A stretch of 64,000 nt of DNA from an uncultured Candidatus Rokubacteria bacterium (GTDB lineage Bacteria; Methylomirabilota; Methylomirabilia; Rokubacteriales; CSP1-6). Location: NCBI GenBank assembly GCA_963789955.1, contig CAWBMV010000034.1, positions 704,001 to 768,000 of the forward strand. The letters are read 5' to 3'. The notes beneath the pieces are model-generated. The model saw only the letters and a program-made list of their open reading frames with translations. It made no database searches and had not been told where the DNA came from. Shown piece by piece: positions 42,362 through 51,252 of the stretch (its first letter is position 1; every line of letters starts with the position of its first letter). The translations under genes were made by a program, and so were the position numbers.

Positions 42362-43129
42362 CCGCCCGCTGCTGCGAGCGCGGGCGTCACGCGATACTAC
42401 GGAGCGCGCGTCGGTTGCCGCGACGTCGGTCTCGACCTCTGGCCCGGCGAGGTGCTCGGCGTGGTGGGCGAGTCGGGCTCCGGCAAGACGACGTTGCTCG
42501 GCTGCCTGTCCGGGCGCCTCGAGCCCTCGGCCGGCAGCGTCGAGTTCAGGCAGCGCGACGGCACGGTCGTGGACGTGCTCCGGATGGCGGAGCCGGCGCT
42601 CCGCAAGCTGGCCCGCACCGATTGGGGCATCGTCCATCAGAACCCGCGCGACGGGCTGCGCCTGGGCGTGAGCGCCGGCGCCAACGTCGGCGAGCGCCTC
42701 ATGGCGCTCGGCGCCCGGCACTACGGTCGGATCCGGGATGCAGCGTTCGACTGGCTCGGCCGGGTCGAGATCGACCACGAGCGGATCGACGACTGGCCCG
42801 AGACCTTCTCGAGCGGGATGCAGCAGCGGCTCCAGATCGCCCGGACCCTGGTGACCGAGCCGCGGCTGGTGTTCATGGACGAGCCGACCGGTGGCCTCGA
42901 CGTCTCGGTCCAGGCGCGCCTGCTCGACCTGCTGCGGCGGCTCGTCACCGATCTGGGCTTGTCGGCGGTGATCGTGACCCACGATCTCGCCGTCACCCGG
43001 CTGCTCGCGCACCGGCTGCTGGTGATGCGCGGCGGCGAGGTGGTCGAGTCGGGCCTGACCGACCAGGTGCTCGACGATCCCCAGCATCCCTACACCCAGC
43101 TCCTGGTCTCCTCGGTGCTGCAGCCGTGA
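42351..43129 (+). CDS. phnK: C-P lyase ABC-type ATPase PhnK; frameshift near the 5' end
   Basis: GESGSGKTT, WGIVHQNPRDGL, MDEPTGGLDVSVQARLLD, DDPQHPYTQLLVSS. Confidence 0.92.
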
Positions 43130-43839
43130 GTGCCGACCGGGGCGGAGCGGTGCTCCTCGTCGAGGGGCTCCGCAAGACGTTCACGCTCCACACGCAGGGC
43201 GGGATCCAGCTTGCCGTGCTGCGGGGCGTGGACCTCGCCGTGTACCCGGGCGAGTGCGTCGCGCTGACCGACCCGTCCGGGTCGGGGAAGTCGACCTTGC
43301 TGCGGGCGATCTACGCGAACTACCGGCCGCAGCGAGGCCGCATCCTCGTCTCGCACGGCGGGGGCCTGGTCGATATGGTCGACGCGGGGCCCCGCGACCT
43401 CCTCGCCGTGCGCCGGCAGACGATCGGCTATGTCAGCCAGTTCCTCCGGGTGATCCCGCGCGTCCCGACGCTCGACGTCGTCATCGAGCCCCTCCGGACG
43501 TTCGGCGTGGCGCGCGAGACGGCGCTCGAGCGCGGCCGGGCGCTCCTGGCGCGACTCCGGATTCCCGAGCGGCTGTGGAGCCTGTCGCCGGTGACCTTCT
43601 CCGGCGGCGAGCAGCAGCGCGTGAACCTGGCGCGGGGATTCGTCGCCGACTTTCCGATCCTCCTGCTCGACGAACCGACGGCGTCGCTCGACGTCGCGAG
43701 CCGGGCCATCGTTGTCGAGCTGATCCGCGACGCGCTGGCGCGGCGCGCCGCGATCGTGGGCGCCTTCCACGACGCGGAGGTACGCGAGGCGGTGGCGACG
43801 CGCACGGTGACTCTGCACGGCGCGGGAGCGGCCGCATGA
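43126..43839 (+). CDS. phnL: C-P lyase subunit PhnL
   Basis: KTFTLH.QGG, GYVSQFLRVIPRV, TFSGGEQQRVN, LLDEPTASLD. Confidence 0.92.
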   Translation: MSADRGGAVLLVEGLRKTFTLHTQGGIQLAVLRGVDLAVYPGECVALTDPSGSGKSTLLRAIYANYRPQRGRILVSHGGGLVDMVDAGPRDLLAVRRQTIGYVSQFLRVIPRVPTLDVVIEPLRTFGVARETALERGRALLARLRIPERLWSLSPVTFSGGEQQRVNLARGFVADFPILLLDEPTASLDVASRAIVVELIRDALARRAAIVGAFHDAEVREAVATRTVTLHGAGAAA

Positions 43840-44975
43840 GCGAGGTGGTCCTCGCCAACGCGCGCGTGGTCATGCGCGACGAGATCGTCCACGGCGCCGT
43901 TCATGTCGTCGCTGGACGCATCGCGGACGTGGACCCGACGCGGGCGATCGGGCCGGGGGCGATCGATCTCGAGGGCGACTACGTGATGCCCGGCATCGTC
44001 GAGCTGCACACCGACGTCCTCGAGAAGCACGCGTTTCCGCGTCCGAGCGCCCGCTGGCCGGAGGTCGCGGCGGTCGTCGCGCACGACGGGCAGCTCATCG
44101 CCGCCGGCATCACGACCGTGCTCGACAGCCTCGCGATCGGGTACGTCTACGACGGCGGCCAGCGCGCCCGCAATCCGCTCCCTCTCATTGCTGCGATCGA
44201 GCGGGGGCGGGCGGCCGGACTGCTGAAGGCCGACCACCTGCTGCATCTGCGATGCGAGGTGTCGACCGAGCACGTCGTGACCGACTTCGCGCCGCACGCC
44301 GGCAACCCGCTCGTGCGTCTCGTGTCGCTGATGGACCATTCGCCCGGCCAGCGTCAGTTCACGAACGTCGCGAAGTATCGCGAGTACAACCAGGGCAAAT
44401 ACGGATTGAGCGATGCCGAGATCGATGCGCTGATCGAGAAGCGGATCGCCGACCGGGCGAGGTACGGCGACGCCCATCGCGCCGCGCTCCTGCGACTCGC
44501 CGAGTCGGGTCGCGTGCCGCTCGCCAGCCACGACGACGCGACGACCGCTCACGTCGAGGAGGCGGTCAAGGCCGGCATGGTCATCGCGGAGTTCCCCACG
44601 ACCCTCGAGGCCGCGCGGGCGGCGAGGGCGTATGGACTGGCCGTCATCGCCGGCGCTCCCAACCTCGTGATGGGGCGGTCCCACTCCGGCAATGTCTCGG
44701 TGGGAGACCTCGCCGGGGCGGGTCTCCTCGACATCCTGTCGTCGGACTATGTGCCGGCGAGCGCGCTGCATGGCGCGTTCCTGCTCCATCAGTTGCACGC
44801 GTGGCCCTTGCCCGATGCGATCGCGTGCGTGACCTCGACGCCGGCCGAGGGGGTCGGTCTCGATGATCGCGGAGAGATCGCGCCGGGCCGATGCGCCGAT
44901 CTCCTGCGGGTGCGGGTGGTCGACGACATTCCGCTGGTCGTCGCGGTCTGGCGCGACGGACTCCGGGTTGCCTGA
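43836..44975 (+). CDS. phnM: Alpha-D-ribose 1-methylphosphonate 5-triphosphate diphosphatase
   Basis: PGIVELHTD, HLRCE, MDHSPGQRQF, ASHDD, AEFPTT, LSSDYVP. Confidence 0.93.
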   Translation: MSEVVLANARVVMRDEIVHGAVHVVAGRIADVDPTRAIGPGAIDLEGDYVMPGIVELHTDVLEKHAFPRPSARWPEVAAVVAHDGQLIAAGITTVLDSLAIGYVYDGGQRARNPLPLIAAIERGRAAGLLKADHLLHLRCEVSTEHVVTDFAPHAGNPLVRLVSLMDHSPGQRQFTNVAKYREYNQGKYGLSDAEIDALIEKRIADRARYGDAHRAALLRLAESGRVPLASHDDATTAHVEEAVKAGMVIAEFPTTLEAARAARAYGLAVIAGAPNLVMGRSHSGNVSVGDLAGAGLLDILSSDYVPASALHGAFLLHQLHAWPLPDAIACVTSTPAEGVGLDDRGEIAPGRCADLLRVRVVDDIPLVVAVWRDGLRVA

Positions 44976-44987
44976 GGCCCGCGGACG

Positions 44988-45887
44988 ATGGCCGCCGAGT
45001 TTCTCGACCAGCCGGTGAAGCGAGAGCCGGCGGTCGCCGGGGATCGGCGGGCCGCGGCGGCATCCGAGATCGCGGGGCTCGCCGGAAAGATCGCGCTCGA
45101 CTATTTCGAGCGCGCCGAGGTGTCCTGGAAGGCGGACGACTCGATGGTGACCGAGGCGGACGTGGCGATCCAGTCCTGGCTCGAGGACGAGATCGCCGCG
45201 GCGTTCCCGGACGACGGAATCCTGGGCGAGGAGGGGCTGACGCCCAGGAGGCTCCGGCCGGGCGCCCGCTTCGTCTGGGTCATCGATCCCGTCGACGGCA
45301 CCAACAACTTCGGCCGGGGAATCCCGGGCTTCGCGATCTCGGTCGGCGTCTTGCGCGACGGGCTGCCGTTCGCAGGTGCCGTCTACGATCCGGTCTCCAG
45401 CCAGCTCTTCACGGCATGCGTCGGCCATGGGGCGTGGCTCAACGGGCGCCGCCTCAGGGTCGAACCGGTTGCTCTGAGCTCGCGCTCGCTCTTCTCGATC
45501 CGCTCGCCCTTCTCGGGCGACGTGCCGGGCTACGTCCACGAGTGGCTCACGCGCTATCGGCTGCGCCGATTCGGATCGACCGCGCTTCAGCTATGCTACG
45601 TCGCCGCCGGTGCGCTCGCGTTGGTGCACGACCATCGCGCCTCGCTCTGGGACATTGCCGGCGCCGCCCCCGTTCTTCTCGAGGCGGGCGGCGTCCTCAC
45701 CGCCGAGAACGGCGCGCCACTGTTCCCGGTCGACCCGAACGCGTACGGCGGGGAGCCGATCGCGTTCCTCGCGGGCGATCCGACCGGGCATCAGATGAGC
45801 CTTGCCGACATCCGTCGTGCGCACGGCGGGCCGGAACGAGATCGGGCGGAGTCGCCCAGCGCTCTCGAGAGCGCTTCCGGAAGCTGA
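44988..45887 (+). CDS. Inositol monophosphatase family protein
   Basis: VTEAD, ILGEE, WVIDPVDGTNNF, RRFGS, WDIAGA...EAGG. Confidence 0.92.
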   Translation: MAAEFLDQPVKREPAVAGDRRAAAASEIAGLAGKIALDYFERAEVSWKADDSMVTEADVAIQSWLEDEIAAAFPDDGILGEEGLTPRRLRPGARFVWVIDPVDGTNNFGRGIPGFAISVGVLRDGLPFAGAVYDPVSSQLFTACVGHGAWLNGRRLRVEPVALSSRSLFSIRSPFSGDVPGYVHEWLTRYRLRRFGSTALQLCYVAAGALALVHDHRASLWDIAGAAPVLLEAGGVLTAENGAPLFPVDPNAYGGEPIAFLAGDPTGHQMSLADIRRAHGGPERDRAESPSALESASGS

Positions 45888-45924
45888 CACGGCTTCTCCG
45901 TTCCCGATGGCCGGGCCGGGGAAT

Positions 45925-45951
45925 TTCACGCTTCCGTCATCATTTCGTAAC
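45925..45951 (+). promoter_or_regulatory. Pho-box-like repeats upstream of the degenerate PhnC-like gene
   Basis: TTCAC 45925, GTCAT 45936, GTAAC 45947 (11-bp period). Confidence 0.6.
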
Positions 45952-45965
45952 GATCCGCGTAGACC

Positions 45966-46703
45966 ATGCCGGCCATGATCGAGTTGCTCGGAGTCGGCGC
46001 GCCTCGAGAGGACGGCGGCTGGAGGCTCCATCGCGTCTGCGCGAGCTTCCAGCGGGGCGAGGTGACTCTCGTCGTCTCGCGTCTGCCCGAGGAGCGGGAT
46101 GCGCTGCTGGACGCGGTCGCCGCCCGTATCGTTCCCGACGAGGGGCGCGTCTGGGTTTCTCACGTGCCGGTGTCGCGCGACACGGTCCGCCGCATCCGTG
46201 GAATGGTCGTGGAAGCCGACGTGCACGCCCGGCCGGTCGAGCATCGCTCGCTGCTCTGGAACGTGCTCGTCGCCGGCAAGTCCGGACATCGCGCGCTCCC
46301 CGGGCTCTTGCGCCTGCCGCGCAAGTCGGAGCGCCTCGCCGCGAGGCGCGCGCTCGAGCGCGTCGGGCTGGCAGGTCGTGAGGTCGAGACCGCATCCGGC
46401 CTCGGCGCGGTCGATCGGGCGCGGCTCGCGCTCGCGAGCGCGCTGGTGACGACGCCGGAGGTGCTGGTGGCGCGCGAGATCGATCGCGGGCTCGACGGCG
46501 CCGAGGCGGCGACCGTGCGCGCCCTGCTACGATCGCTCGCTCATCGCGAGCGGCTCGCGGTGCTGGCCAGCGCCGCCACGCCGGCCGCCGCGTCGGACTT
46601 CGCGGATCGTCTCGTCGCGATCGCCGACGGTCTGCTCGTCTTCGACGGCGCGCCGGCCGACTTCGGCGGTCAGCGCGTCGCCTGGCGCTTCGGCACCGCG
46701 TAG
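45966..46703 (+). CDS. PhnC-like ABC ATPase fold protein with degenerate catalytic motifs
   Basis: PhnC-like scaffold (NVLVAG, ARRALERVGL, FADRLVAIADGLLVFDGAP); Walker A replaced by SRLPEERDA and Walker B by LVAREID. Confidence 0.7.
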   Translation: MPAMIELLGVGAPREDGGWRLHRVCASFQRGEVTLVVSRLPEERDALLDAVAARIVPDEGRVWVSHVPVSRDTVRRIRGMVVEADVHARPVEHRSLLWNVLVAGKSGHRALPGLLRLPRKSERLAARRALERVGLAGREVETASGLGAVDRARLALASALVTTPEVLVAREIDRGLDGAEAATVRALLRSLAHRERLAVLASAATPAAASDFADRLVAIADGLLVFDGAPADFGGQRVAWRFGTA

Positions 46704-46733
46704 TCCCGCCCGGCACCTCCGAGCACTTTTTAC

Positions 46734-46913
46734 TTGTCCACACTGTCCACAGGGCAACCCCCCGTCTGTCCCCAGCAACACACTATTTGCGGTCCTGTAA
46801 TACCCAAGCAACAATATATTGGGTACGCTGGGCCGGTGCTCACGCGTACGACCGGTTCCCTTCGGGTTGGTGGTTGTTTTGCAGTGTGGATGGCTGTGGA
46901 CAACTGTGGATGA
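46734..46913. promoter_or_regulatory. Cluster of five DnaA-box-like 9-mers around NrdR-box-like sites
   Basis: TTGTCCACA 46734, CTGTCCACA 46743; reverse boxes TGTGGATGG 46885, TGTGGACAA 46895, TGTGGATGA 46905; palindrome CAATATATTG 46812-46821. Confidence 0.6.
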
Positions 46914-46936
46914 TTCTCCGAGAGGAGGCGAACGGT

Positions 46937-47737
46937 TTGAAGCGGATCGATACCCACTCGCACCCGAAGATGTCCAAGCACTTCAAGTTCGACCCGAGGT
47001 CGGTGGAGCGCATGGTGCGCATGGCCGGACGGGTCGGGCTCGACGGTCTCGCGCTCACCGAGCATTTCCACGGGACGGATTTCTGGGCGGTCCACGAGCA
47101 TCTCGAGCGCACGTATCCGGTCGAGGGCGGCGTCTTCTGGGCCGGGAACGGCTCGCGCTGATTCCGGGAGCCGAGATCAACATCCGCGAGGGCGCGCACG
47201 TCATCGTCCTCGGTGAGGTCGCCGAGCTGCGCCGGCTCGATCGCGCGTTTCCCGAGTGGCTGTCGCACCGCTACGAGCCGACCCTGCGCGAGTTCCTCGA
47301 CGTCAGCGAATACTTCGACGTCGCGCGAATCGGCGCGCACATGTTCCGTCCGAAGAAAGAGCTCGGAAAATTCCGCATCGACGATCTGCGGCGACTGCAC
47401 GCGCTCGAGGTGAACGGCAAGGATTTCGGGACGGAGGTCATGTTGCTCGTGCAAGCGCGCGCGCTCGGCTTGCCGATCGTCGCGGGAAGCGACGCGCATC
47501 ACTGGCTCCAGCTCGGCGTTCGCCACACGCTCGATGCACGTCGACGAGATCAGAATCGCGAGCGTGTTGAAGACGATCAGAGAGGGCTTGACGGGCTTTG
47601 CAACATCCCCCTATACTCCGCTCCGCGTCAGGGGCGCTAAGTCCCTGAAAAACATTACGAAACTGTTACGAAAATGTTACGGCAGAGTGATCGCGAGCGG
47701 AACCCCGCGGCCTGCAGTCTCGACCGCCAGCAGCTGA
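46937..47737 (+). CDS. PHP domain phosphoesterase (second); two frameshifts
   Basis: GAGGAGG RBS plus TTG; RIDTHSH, LALTEHFH, PGAEI, GAHMFRP, AGSDAHH. Confidence 0.82.
47654..47691. promoter_or_regulatory. Pho-box-like repeats upstream of the GAK operon, inside the 3' end of the PHP gene
   Basis: ATTAC 47654, GTTAC 47665, GTTAC 47676, GTGAT 47687; CTGTTACGAAAATGTTAC is close to the E. coli Pho box. Confidence 0.6.
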
Positions 47738-47898
47738 TTGCCCCGTAACTGATGCCCCGGGAAGCGGCCGGCCGGGGCGAGATCGTAGCCGAAGCCGCTC
47801 GCAGACCGTCAGTCGAGAACCGCCAACTACGAAGGCCGTCGCACCCGTACCGCCGCCGGAGACCACGACGCTCGGCGCGGCCGGCCCAGAGGGAGCAG

Positions 47899-48171
47899 GT
47901 GAGCGCCGCGATTCCGGCGAAGTTCCACGCTCGAGCGCGCCGGGACGCCGCGGCGTTCTATCTGACGCAGCTGGCCAAAGGAGTCCTCGCGGGCGAGCTG
48001 GCGATCGCCGTCGGAGATCAGCAGATCCAGCTCGCGACGTCCGAGTTCGTGATTCTGAAGATCGAGGCCAAGCAGCGGAAGCGCGCGAACCACGTCAGCG
48101 TCAAGCTTCGATGGCCGAGGCGTCCACTGATCCGGGTCGCTGCGGCAAGGGGAGATCGTGATGGGAGATAG
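47899..48171 (+). CDS. Amphi-Trp domain protein 1
   Basis: AAFYLTQLAKGVLAGEL...LKIEAK..VSVKLRW; alternating amphipathic strands ending in Trp; similar to the next two ORFs. Confidence 0.65.
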   Translation: MSAAIPAKFHARARRDAAAFYLTQLAKGVLAGELAIAVGDQQIQLATSEFVILKIEAKQRKRANHVSVKLRWPRRPLIRVAAARGDRDGR

Positions 48172-48418
48172 CCGGGAGTTCGAGTTCGAAGGTGCCGCAA
48201 CGCCCTCGGAGGCCGCCGACGCGCTGAACCGTATCGCGGACGGGATCCGGGCACGCTCGCTGTCGCTCTCGATGGGCGAGGAAGAGATCACCGTCTATCC
48301 GGACGGCGACCTCGCGATGGAGATCGAGGCGAGCGAGAAGAAGGGAAAGGCGAAGATCGAGATCGCCATCGCCTGGAAGCGCGCCAAGCCAGATGACGAC
48401 GATGAGGACGAGGACTAG
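48161..48418 (+). CDS. Amphi-Trp domain protein 2 with an acidic tail
   Basis: EAADALNRIADGI...MEIEASEKKGKAKIEIAIAWK, tail DDDDEDED. Confidence 0.8.
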   Translation: MGDSREFEFEGAATPSEAADALNRIADGIRARSLSLSMGEEEITVYPDGDLAMEIEASEKKGKAKIEIAIAWKRAKPDDDDEDED

Positions 48419-48435
48419 GCCGAAAGGGGCTCACG

Positions 48436-48717
48436 ATGGCAAAGAACAGCGTTCAGTTCGCCCGGATCGCGTCGCCCGAGGAGATCGCGGAGTATCTCAC
48501 GTCGCTGGCCGTCGGGCTCAAGCGGGGTGAGATCAGCCTCGAGTCCGGCGAGCGCTCGCTCCATCTGTCGCCCGCGAGCGACGTCAAGCTCGAGCTGAAG
48601 GTGGGACAGAAGGAGCGCAAGGGCCGCATCGAGCTCGAGATCGGCTGGAAGCGCTCGACGGCGGCGAAGACGTCCGAGCTGCGCGTGGCGGTCGGGCAGC
48701 GCCCGGCGCGCGCGTAG
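48436..48717 (+). CDS. Amphi-Trp domain protein 3
   Basis: EIAEYLTSLAVGLKRGEISL...LELKV..KERKGRIELEIGWK. Confidence 0.82.
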   Translation: MAKNSVQFARIASPEEIAEYLTSLAVGLKRGEISLESGERSLHLSPASDVKLELKVGQKERKGRIELEIGWKRSTAAKTSELRVAVGQRPARA

Positions 48718-48766
48718 CCGTTTCCCGCTCCGCTCCGCGACCCGATCCCGGATCAGACATCGATCC

Positions 48767-50365
48767 GTGACTAGCGTCCTGCGCGAAGACCTGGGCCAGG
48801 ACCTCGCCATGATGGCGCGGCTCGTCCAGTCGCAGCTCATCCGCGGCATGACGGCCTTCTTCCAGCGCGACGCGCGGCTCGCCGAGCAGGTGACCCAGAA
48901 GGACGACCAGGTCGACAACCTGCTCGGCCTCATCGAGGTGAAGTGCTTCGAGCGCATCGCCGGCGAGGAGCCCAACGGCGTGCGCTCGCGCCAGCTCCGC
49001 GGCGTCTTCCGGGTCGCGCTGAACCTCGAGAAGCTCGGCGACTACGCCGTCAACATCGCCGAGCAGGCGGTGCACGTCTCGCGCCTCAAGGCCCGTCCGA
49101 TCCCGTTCGACCTGGCCGGGCCGGCGCGCGTCGCGCTGGCCGCGCTCGACGAGGTCATCACCGCCTTCACCGACGCCAGCGCCGAGAAGGCCAAGCACGC
49201 CTGCCGCTGCGAGGTCGAGCTCGACCGGCAGTACCGCGATGCGCTGCAGGAAGCGTTTCGCCGCCTCGCGCAGCCGCACCCGGACCCGGCGTTCGTGATC
49301 ACGAACCTCTTCGTCGCGAAATTCCTCGAGCGGATCGGCGACTCGATCCTGAACATCGGCGAGACGACGCTCTTCATCCTGACCGGCGAGCGGCTCAAGC
49401 TGCATCAGTACCTGCACCTCGAGCAGGTGGCCGGTGCGCTCGCCCCGCACGGGGAGGGCGCGCTCGACTTCCGCCAGATCTGGGGCGGCATCAGCGGGGC
49501 GCGGGTCGGCCGGCTCGCGGTCGGCCAGAGCGAGCCGCTGATCTGGAAGGAGGGCGACGAGCGGAAGATCGACGAAGAGATCCGCGAGATGGACGCGTGG
49601 AACCGGATCGTCCCCGGGCTCGTGCCCGACGTCAAGGCGCGCCATCGCGAGGAGGGCCGGCTCTCGTTCCTGGGCCAGTTCCTGCGCGGGAGCCTGCTGC
49701 GCGACATCTACATCACCCGGACCTGGGACGACAAGGTCCGCGCCACTCGCCGGCTCCTCGAGACCGTCCGCGACATCTGGTCGACCACGCTCGTGAAGGA
49801 GCCGCCGCGAATCGACTACGCCCGGCAGATCCGCGAGCGGCTGCCCGAGCTCTTCGCGCTCCACCCGAAGCTCGAGACCTTGCGCGGCGGCGAGAGCCGC
49901 GTGTTCGGGATCGCCCACGGCTCGCTGGCCGATCTGCTCGAGCGCGCCGCCGAGCTCGAGGCCTCGCTGGCGCCGCCGGTCTCGGTCCGGCTCCACGGCG
50001 ACTTCAACGCCAACAACGTGGTCTACGACGCCGAGTCGGACCGCGTGCACTTCATCGACGTGCACCGGAGCGGTCACGGCGACTACCTGCAAGACATCGG
50101 CGTGCTGCTGGTCTCGAACGTGCGCAATCCGATCGAGGACGGGCGCGTCGCCGGCGACCTGGCGCGGCTCAACGACCGCATTCGCGAGTTCGCGCTCGAG
50201 TTCGCCCGCCGGATCGGCGACGACCACTTCGAGACGCGGCTGACGCTCTCGCAGGCGCGCTCGTTCATCACCTCGGGTCGCGTCGTGGCCGACTTCGAGT
50301 TCGCGCGGTCGATCTTCCTGCAGGGCGTGCGTCTGCTCGAGCGCGCGACCGCGCTCGCCGCGTGA
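48767..50365 (+). CDS. PhoU domain / aminoglycoside-phosphotransferase-like kinase fusion (GAK-associated)
   Basis: N-terminal PhoU repeats (NLEKLGDYAVNI, FLERIGDSILNIGE); C-terminal LHGDFNANNV and FIDVHRS. Confidence 0.85.
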   Translation: MTSVLREDLGQDLAMMARLVQSQLIRGMTAFFQRDARLAEQVTQKDDQVDNLLGLIEVKCFERIAGEEPNGVRSRQLRGVFRVALNLEKLGDYAVNIAEQAVHVSRLKARPIPFDLAGPARVALAALDEVITAFTDASAEKAKHACRCEVELDRQYRDALQEAFRRLAQPHPDPAFVITNLFVAKFLERIGDSILNIGETTLFILTGERLKLHQYLHLEQVAGALAPHGEGALDFRQIWGGISGARVGRLAVGQSEPLIWKEGDERKIDEEIREMDAWNRIVPGLVPDVKARHREEGRLSFLGQFLRGSLLRDIYITRTWDDKVRATRRLLETVRDIWSTTLVKEPPRIDYARQIRERLPELFALHPKLETLRGGESRVFGIAHGSLADLLERAAELEASLAPPVSVRLHGDFNANNVVYDAESDRVHFIDVHRSGHGDYLQDIGVLLVSNVRNPIEDGRVAGDLARLNDRIREFALEFARRIGDDHFETRLTLSQARSFITSGRVVADFEFARSIFLQGVRLLERATALAA

Positions 50366-51252
50366 AGATCGCCGTCGTCGGCCAGCCGGGCGCGTGGTCC
50401 ACCGAGCGTCTGGCGGACGCGCTGCGCGCCTGCGGGACGGAAGCCACGGTCGTCGATCTCGCCGCCTGCAGCCTGCGACTTCCAGATCGACGGCTCTTCC
50501 ATCGCGGCGAGCCGCTCGAGGGGCTCGACGGCGCCGTCGTCAAGAAGCTCGGCGACACCGCCGACGGCTGGAGCGTCCAGGAGCGCATCGGCATGTTGCG
50601 TCACCTGGAGGCCGCGGGTGTTCCGGTGCTGAGCGCCCCGGATTGCCTCCACGTCGCGGTGAACCGCTATCGCATGACCGCGGAGCTCGTCCGGGCCGGG
50701 CTGCCGGTGCCGCCGACGACGATCACGGAAGACGTCGACGAAGCGGCGGCCGCCGTCGCGCGCTTCGGCACCGCCGTGATCAAGCCGTTGTTCACCTCGA
50801 AGGGCCGCGGCATGCGCCGGCTCGAGCCGACGCGCGAGCTCCGCCGCGAGCTCGAGTCGCATCGCGACGGCGGGCTCGGGCCGTTCTATCTCCAGCGCTT
50901 CGTGAAGCATCCCGGACGCGACCTCGGCGTGGCCGTGCTCGACGGACAGTGCATCGGCGCCTACTGGCGGGTCGCCGCCGGCGATCAGTGGATGACGACG
51001 ATCCTCTCCGGCGGCCACTACGAGAAGGCGGACATCACGCCCGAGACGGCGGCGATGGCCGTGGCCGCCGCGCGGCACTTCGGCCTGGTCTTCACGGGCG
51101 TCGACCTGATCGAAGATCCGGACGGACGCTTCACCGTGCTCGAGGTCAGCGCGTTCGGCGGATTTCGTGGACTCTTGAAGGGCTGCGGAGTCGACGCGGC
51201 GCCGATGCTCGCCGACGTCGTGCTACGCCGCTTCCGCGAGGCGCGAGGTTGA
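50362..51252 (+). CDS. RimK-like ATP-grasp enzyme of the GAK system
   Basis: KIAVVG.PGAWSTE.LADA, IKPLFTSKGRGM, GRDLGV, FTGVDL, EVSAFGGFRGL. Confidence 0.88.
   Translation: MKIAVVGQPGAWSTERLADALRACGTEATVVDLAACSLRLPDRRLFHRGEPLEGLDGAVVKKLGDTADGWSVQERIGMLRHLEAAGVPVLSAPDCLHVAVNRYRMTAELVRAGLPVPPTTITEDVDEAAAAVARFGTAVIKPLFTSKGRGMRRLEPTRELRRELESHRDGGLGPFYLQRFVKHPGRDLGVAVLDGQCIGAYWRVAAGDQWMTTILSGGHYEKADITPETAAMAVAAARHFGLVFTGVDLIEDPDGRFTVLEVSAFGGFRGLLKGCGVDAAPMLADVVLRRFREARG

Noticed and set aside
43260..43300. Inactive PhnL because Walker A reads TDPSGSGKS
   Set aside because: A single substitution at the first Gly with all other motifs intact, in error-prone sequence, is not enough evidence
46734..46913. 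CRISPR array or tRNA in the AT-richer gap
   Set aside because: The repeats are 9-mers without spacers, there is no cloverleaf and there are no cas genes
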